From assembly GCF_009914755.1 (NCBI RefSeq), contig NC_060942.1: DNA of 64,000 nt. One strand, 5' to 3'. The position numbers and the translations under genes are program-made. The notes beneath the pieces are model-generated. The model was not told the origin of the DNA. It ran no database searches and saw nothing but the letters and a program-made list of their open reading frames with translations. This DNA comes from the human T2T-CHM13v2.0 reference genome, Homo sapiens. Shown here in pieces: positions 55,161-64,000 of this stretch; within the stretch, counting starts at the first letter, position 1; each line of letters starts with the position of its first letter.

Positions 55161-55619
55161 GGTTCCAATTCTCACTCCACGGTTTGGTCTGGCTCTTTCC
55201 TCTACACTCCAATCTTCCTCTCTTTCTCCCCCGTCCCATAGTTGAAGTGTGGAGGGGGAAGAGAACAATGAACAGACTTTAAAATATAAAATGATCTCTC
55301 ATGTTCTTATCACTTCGACACATTCCTCTCAGCTCCAGATATTGTTTCGTCCTCAGCAAAGTCCTGATCTGTGCTGACAGGGAAAGGGACTCCACTAATT
55401 GGAAGCAGGGAGTGGGGGAGCAGGGGAGGGAGGTGAGGGGGCAGACACCATGGTCAGGACCACTCTGGAGCAAGCCACGTCCTGGGTCCCTGCGTTCCTC
55501 TGTGCCACCACTCCCTGCTGTCTGGCCCCACAACCCTGTTGGCTTCCCTCCTCTGGGGAGGATAACAAAGGCTGGCTCCCCCACCAGGAGCGTCCTGAGA
55601 CGTCCCTGAACGTGACAGT

Positions 55620-55970
55620 CCCTCCAGCCACTGCCGATGTTATTAATTTTTAAAACAAACTTCCTGATTGAGGTTCTGGCTGCCTCTAAATTGTCTCTAC
55701 AAGGAGACTGTGTACTAATTAACCCATAGAAACAATCAATGATGTACCTTTTTCAAGTTTCAGGGTGATTAGAATATGAAAATGAAGAGCACAATGGTGC
55801 AGATGTTTTAAAATCACAGCAGACAGCAATTAGTGACACGGAAACCAGCTGCTTATCTCTCCAGATAAAGCCTCTTAATAGGGAATTACACTGGAGGAGC
55901 CATTACCCAGATGGATCTCACATGATTTACAGAGGAGGCGGGGCAGTGTTAACTTTGATTTGTGAGCCAG
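55620..55970. promoter_or_regulatory. Candidate developmental enhancer
   Basis: Non-repeat DNA with ETS ACTTCCTG, homeobox TAATTA, SOX AACAAT/CACAATG, an E-box next to an inverted GATA pair, TGATTTAC, a GC box and CTTTGAT. Confidence 0.4.
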
Positions 55971-56291
55971 GTTCTTGTCAAGCTTCCTTCCTTACCTCGG
56001 AGGAAGGTGAATTTGTGGCTGGGGTGGAGACACGGGCTTCACCTTTCTCCCTGGTGGCCCAGGTTAGGGAAAACACCAGGATGAGGAGAGGAGAGAACAA
56101 TGGTGTTTACAGAAGCCACCAGCACCTGTCTTCTTGATTCGGGCTCTATTGTTTTGAGATCAACTCAGTCAGCTATCTCTGCACAGAGGGGAGAGTGAGG
56201 ATCTGGGAAGGGGAAATAGTGAGTGGCTTGCGGGCCGCCCTATGTTTCACTGGAAAGAAAAGGCCCCTGCTTTCTGCTGCTTGGCTTTGGA

Positions 56292-56298
56292 GTGTGTG

Positions 56299-56334
<36 letters not shown>

Positions 56335-56364
56335 TGTGTCTCTGTGCCTGTGTGTGTGTGTGTG
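56292..56364. repeat. (TG)n microsatellite
   Basis: (TG)16 at 56301-56332 plus imperfect flanking TG. Confidence 0.95.
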
Positions 56365-56407
56365 ATATAGGGAGTTCATAGTCATCATTTTTGAATGGAT
56401 TTCTCAT

Positions 56408-60110
<3,703 letters not shown>

Positions 60111-60833
60111 TGATTATTTTGAGTTATGCAGAATTATTTACTACTCAAAGAGGTATATGGTAGGGCCCTCTGTCGTGTATGAGCTGTTACCACCTTCAGT
60201 AAAAGAAGTGCTCTAGTATCATCCACGGCCCCTAAATAGCAAATAAGAATGAATTTTATGGGAATAACATCCAGGTGAATTCCCAGGGTGACAGAATATG
60301 AGGATGGGTTCAGTTTACATATTTAATTGGAAACTTCATATTCGTTTAGAGGCTGGATAGCTTCTCTGTGTCCATTGGAATCAAAGAATCATAAGATCAT
60401 GGTACTAAAAAGATACGTAGTGACATTCTTCTCACAACTACCAGTAGCAAATGCAGGAATGAACTGGGCTAAGGAGAGATAAGCTTTGGGACAATTTCAG
60501 CAAAAGATGGAATGTGCATTCCTCCTGTTCATGAGCATAAATGGTAATTTTTCAGTTTTGTTTTAAATTAAATGACAGAACCGTTTCACTCTCTCTATCT
60601 CTGTCTCTCAAATGAAATCCCTTGTTAGGCTGGTCTGTTCTGTTGGGGGTTTAGGGGTTAAAAGGAAGGTCTGAAACATTTTTCTTGCCCCATTCACTGG
60701 CTACAGTTCAGAAATGTCTTTGCAAAATCCTAGGACTTTGTGAAACACATTTGAAAGCCACTGAGCTGGAACATCTCTTGATAATATCAGAGCCTCTCTA
60801 GTCCTTAACCCAGACCCTGTCTTTGATATAATC

Positions 60834-61010
60834 CAGTGGTTCTCAACTCTGTCTGCTCATTGGGATCACCTGAGAGCTTTGAAAAAGTACTACTGTTCAG
60901 GTTCCACGTCCAGAATGTTGATTTAATCACGCTGGGTCAGATCTCAGGTATGTTGATCTTTACAAAACTTCCTAGCTGATGCTAACATACAGCCAGAGTT
61001 GGGAACCTTT
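60834..61010 (-). mobile_element. MER5-type hAT MITE
   Basis: CAGTGGTTCTCAACTCTG...GATCACCTGAGAGCTTTG...CAGCCAGAGTTGGGAACC. Confidence 0.8.
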
Positions 61011-61175
61011 AATCTAGTCACACAGCTTGTGGTTGCATTCTTTGTCTCCCACACTCAGCTCCTGCTGAGGTCTGAGCACTTGCTTCTAGCTTCAGTGATG
61101 GCCTGCCAGGATTCCCCAGGGGTTTGGAATCCCACAGTGGGAGGTCATGAACACCAGCATTCCTGGTCCTTTCTT

Positions 61176-61482
61176 TTTTCTTTTTTTTTCTTTTTTTTTT
61201 TGAGACAGAGTCTCTCTCTGTTGCCCAGGCTGCAGTACAGTGGTACGATCTCAGCTCATGGCAACCTCCACTTCCTGGGTTCAAGTGATTCTACTGCCTC
61301 AGCCTCCCGAGTAGCTGGGATTACAGGTGCACGCCATGATACCCATCTAATTTTTGTATTTTTGTAGAGACAGGATTTTGTCTTGTTGTCTGGGCTGGTC
61401 TTGAATTTCTGACCTCAAGTGATCCACTCATCTCAGCCTCCCAAAGTGCTGGGATTACACACATGAGCCACTGCGCCTGGCC
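61176..61482 (-). mobile_element. AluS (Sx/Sz-like)
   Basis: Dimeric Alu; TSD CTGGTCCTTTCTT at 61163-61175 and 61486-61498. Confidence 0.95.
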
Positions 61483-61761
61483 TATCTGGTCCTTTCTTAT
61501 CCACTCAAATCATTGATTCTTCAGTCCACCTCACCTTCACTTGGAATACCTACACAGGGAATTATGTTAGAGTTTCATACTATGTAAATTACGGAGAGTT
61601 CAGAGAGCAAAACAGGAATGCTCGGTGTTGCTAACTTGTATATCCTAACAGGCCTATGGTGGTTGGTTCTGCATGTTTATCACCAAAAATTGCTGTGAAT
61701 GTTATAGCAACCACAGAAGGGCCCTACTCCAGAGAAGAAATGTGGTGTTAAAACATTAGAT

Positions 61762-61950
61762 TAGTGGTTTTAAAACTTGGTTGTCCATCAGAGTTCTCCT
61801 GAGAAGCATGTTAAAATGCATATGCCTCATTCTCTCCCTGAGAGATTGTGAGTTTGTAGGTCTACAGTGGGCCCCAGTATCTGTATTTATAACTAGCACC
61901 TTCAGTGATTCTGATACGGTAATCTAGGACCACATCTTGAGAAGTGCCAT
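61762..61950 (-). mobile_element. MER5-type hAT MITE
   Basis: TAGTGGTTTTAAAACTTGG...TGTTAAAATGCA...GGGCCCCAGTATCTGTATTT...GTGATTCTGAT...GGACCACATCTTGAGAA. Confidence 0.8.
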
Positions 61951-62345
61951 GTTCCAAATTAAGAGATGAGGCCTCCCTCATTGCTCCATACCCAGGCATA
62001 TTTTCCTGCTCATGTAATCCCAAATATCTTACAAACAGTAAATTTAAATTATTGATGTCAGCAGAAAGTAGCACAGACATAGCTAACCCAAAAGAGTAGT
62101 TTATCTTCCACAAAGTCAGGCTTCTTTTTTTTTAATGAGTTATGTGATTTTTTCTTAGATTCAAATCACCATCTTCTCATCTCCTTGCAATAAACTTTGC
62201 TTTAGGTAAGCCTGAGATAAGGCTAGGTCACTCATTTGCTTCCCATTTTTTGGACTTTTAAGATTTTACTCAGTGATCTAATTTTGTTTTGAAAAATAAA
62301 CTAAAAAGTGCTTTTTAAAAAGAAACCTGACTTACACACACTTTA

Positions 62346-62659
62346 TTTTTTTATATTTTTTTTATACTTTTAAGTTCTAGGATACAGGTGCACAACATGC
62401 AGGTTTGTTACATATGTATACATGTGCCATGTTGGTGTGCTGCACCCATTAACTCGTCATTTACATTAGGTATCTCTCCTAATGCTATCCCTCCGCTCCC
62501 CGCCCACCACCAAAAGAAACTACCATCAGAGTGAACAGGCAACCTACAGAATGGGAGAAAATTTTTGCAATCTACTCAACTGACAAAGGGCTAATACCCA
62601 GAATCTACAAAGAACTCAAACAAATTTACAAGAAAAAAACAACCCCATCAAAAAGTGGG
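62346..62659 (-). mobile_element. Short 5'-inverted (twin-primed) L1PA insertion
   Basis: T-rich tail and L1 3'UTR on minus (to ~62510), then ORF2 sequence on plus ([16 protein letters not shown] region); perfect 11-bp TSD CACACACTTTA (62335-62345, 62660-62670). Confidence 0.93.
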
Positions 62660-63059
62660 CACACACTTTAAATGTATATTATTTAGTTAACTTATAGGGG
62701 AGAGAATAGCTATCTACTTTACAAAAGAATTCTTTACATTACAGAAGAACTTGCTTCCATGAAGAAATACTGTAAGCACAAATCTGCCTAGTGTTTTCAG
62801 AGTTTCACTGAAGCATTCGACCTAGGCTCAATGTGCATGGAAAACATTTTTCTTATAAAAGTGAGCCACACCTTTTAAACTGCCATGAATTTCACAATCA
62901 ACTCTTGGGAATGGGGAGAGAGGTGGGAGGCAGCCAGGCAGCCATGAAGCGTGCTAAGCTAAGTTTGGTATCGAAAGTTTTCCACCAGAACTGTGTGCCC
63001 AATATGGAATGTCATTGACTGTTCCCTCACATGTTAGCTGTTTTAGGAGATAGTTCTGC

Positions 63060-63310
63060 TGAGGGCTGAGGGTGGTATAAAGGCTTAAAAAGACTCAGAC
63101 CTTATCAAAAAGACAAAAACAAACCCCAAAACTCTCAATCTAAAGAGAAAAAGGAGATGTGGTGCATAGGTTAATAAAGACCTGAGTCAGAGAGCCCGAT
63201 AAGATATCATCTCCCCAGACCACTAGGATGGGAGGCAGAGGCTGTGATGTGTGCTTCGCCTGTCTTGCGGCTTGCCTTATCCATCTCTGTCTGGATGGAG
63301 TAAGTGCTCA
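63060..63310 (+). promoter_or_regulatory. Candidate GATA/AP-1 promoter with a possible first exon
   Basis: TATAAAG at 63076; GATA sites at 63101, 63198 and 63276; TGAGTCA at 63183-63189; donor GGA|GTAAGT at 63300. Confidence 0.35.
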
Positions 63311-64000
63311 GTTCTCAGCAAAGGACATATTGGAAATGACAGCCTCACTATTGTGAATATAATATGTCATGGCTGACAGATGAAGCGCATTGTAATGGGA
63401 TATAGCTATCAGCCAAGGCTGGAGGAGGCCTTGTTCTCTGGACCTCTTAGAAAGCACTCCTTCTGGGTCCTCCCTGCCCCTTCTCTGCAGCCCAGCTGAG
63501 TGAAGATCTTAAAGCACCATTCCCCCCATTACTCCTGATCCTTTGTTGTGCTTCCCTTTTGTCCACCCTGCACTTTGATTGCTGAGCACTCCCAGCAGGG
63601 CAGACTGCAGCTGAAATGGTAGGAACAATGGGATCAGGCAGTGGTCCAGAGAAGCACTAGGGACTGGGCATGCTTAACTGTATTACTCTCAGCTGGTCTG
63701 CCCTGGGTGTAAGTGAGCAGGCCCCACCTTTCAACTGCTAGGGTGAAATCCACCCTTCTGACAGTCTCATGGCCTTCTCCAAAGGCAGAGTTAATTGAAA
63801 AGTGAAACAATTAGGAGATGGGGAGAACTAACAGTAAAAATTGCATTGAAGGGGAGTTACCTTATAAGCTCCTTTCATCTCTAAGTATTTGGGAAGGATT
63901 TCTTGTTTAGCACGTAAGGCATTTCAGTGTTCCAGTTTCATTAGGAGCCATCATCAAATGACAGATTAGTAGTGTATTGTCTTTTGTGTGCAGCTGTATA

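Overview
Repeat-rich, non-coding human genomic DNA; a young AluYa5 carrying all five diagnostic changes points to Homo sapiens. I recognise no cellular protein-coding exon, tRNA, rRNA or CRISPR array. Every ORF in the track with a recognisable product is a LINE-1 ORF1/ORF2 fragment or an Alu read-through. Main contents: a full-length but inactivated ~6.1 kb L1PA4/5-type element (45272-51405, minus); about 11 Alu/FRAM copies; older L1M pieces; THE1/MST/MLT1 solo LTRs; many hAT MITEs (MER3, MER5, MER58A, MER91A); one MADE1 hairpin; and many MIR, L2 and L3 relics. Most worth checking: (1) a ~350 bp retroposed mRNA 3'UTR fragment, SP3-like from memory, inserted with TSDs into an old L1; (2) minus-strand splice signals and a promoter-like island over ~3.2-14.9 kb suggesting a spliced lncRNA; (3) a possibly polymorphic AluYa5; (4) a short twin-primed L1 with a large junction deletion; (5) motif-dense enhancer/promoter candidates, including an isolated NRF1 palindrome. 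I found no convincing previously undescribed biological system. Boundaries of old repeats are approximate and subfamily calls come from remembered consensus sequences.
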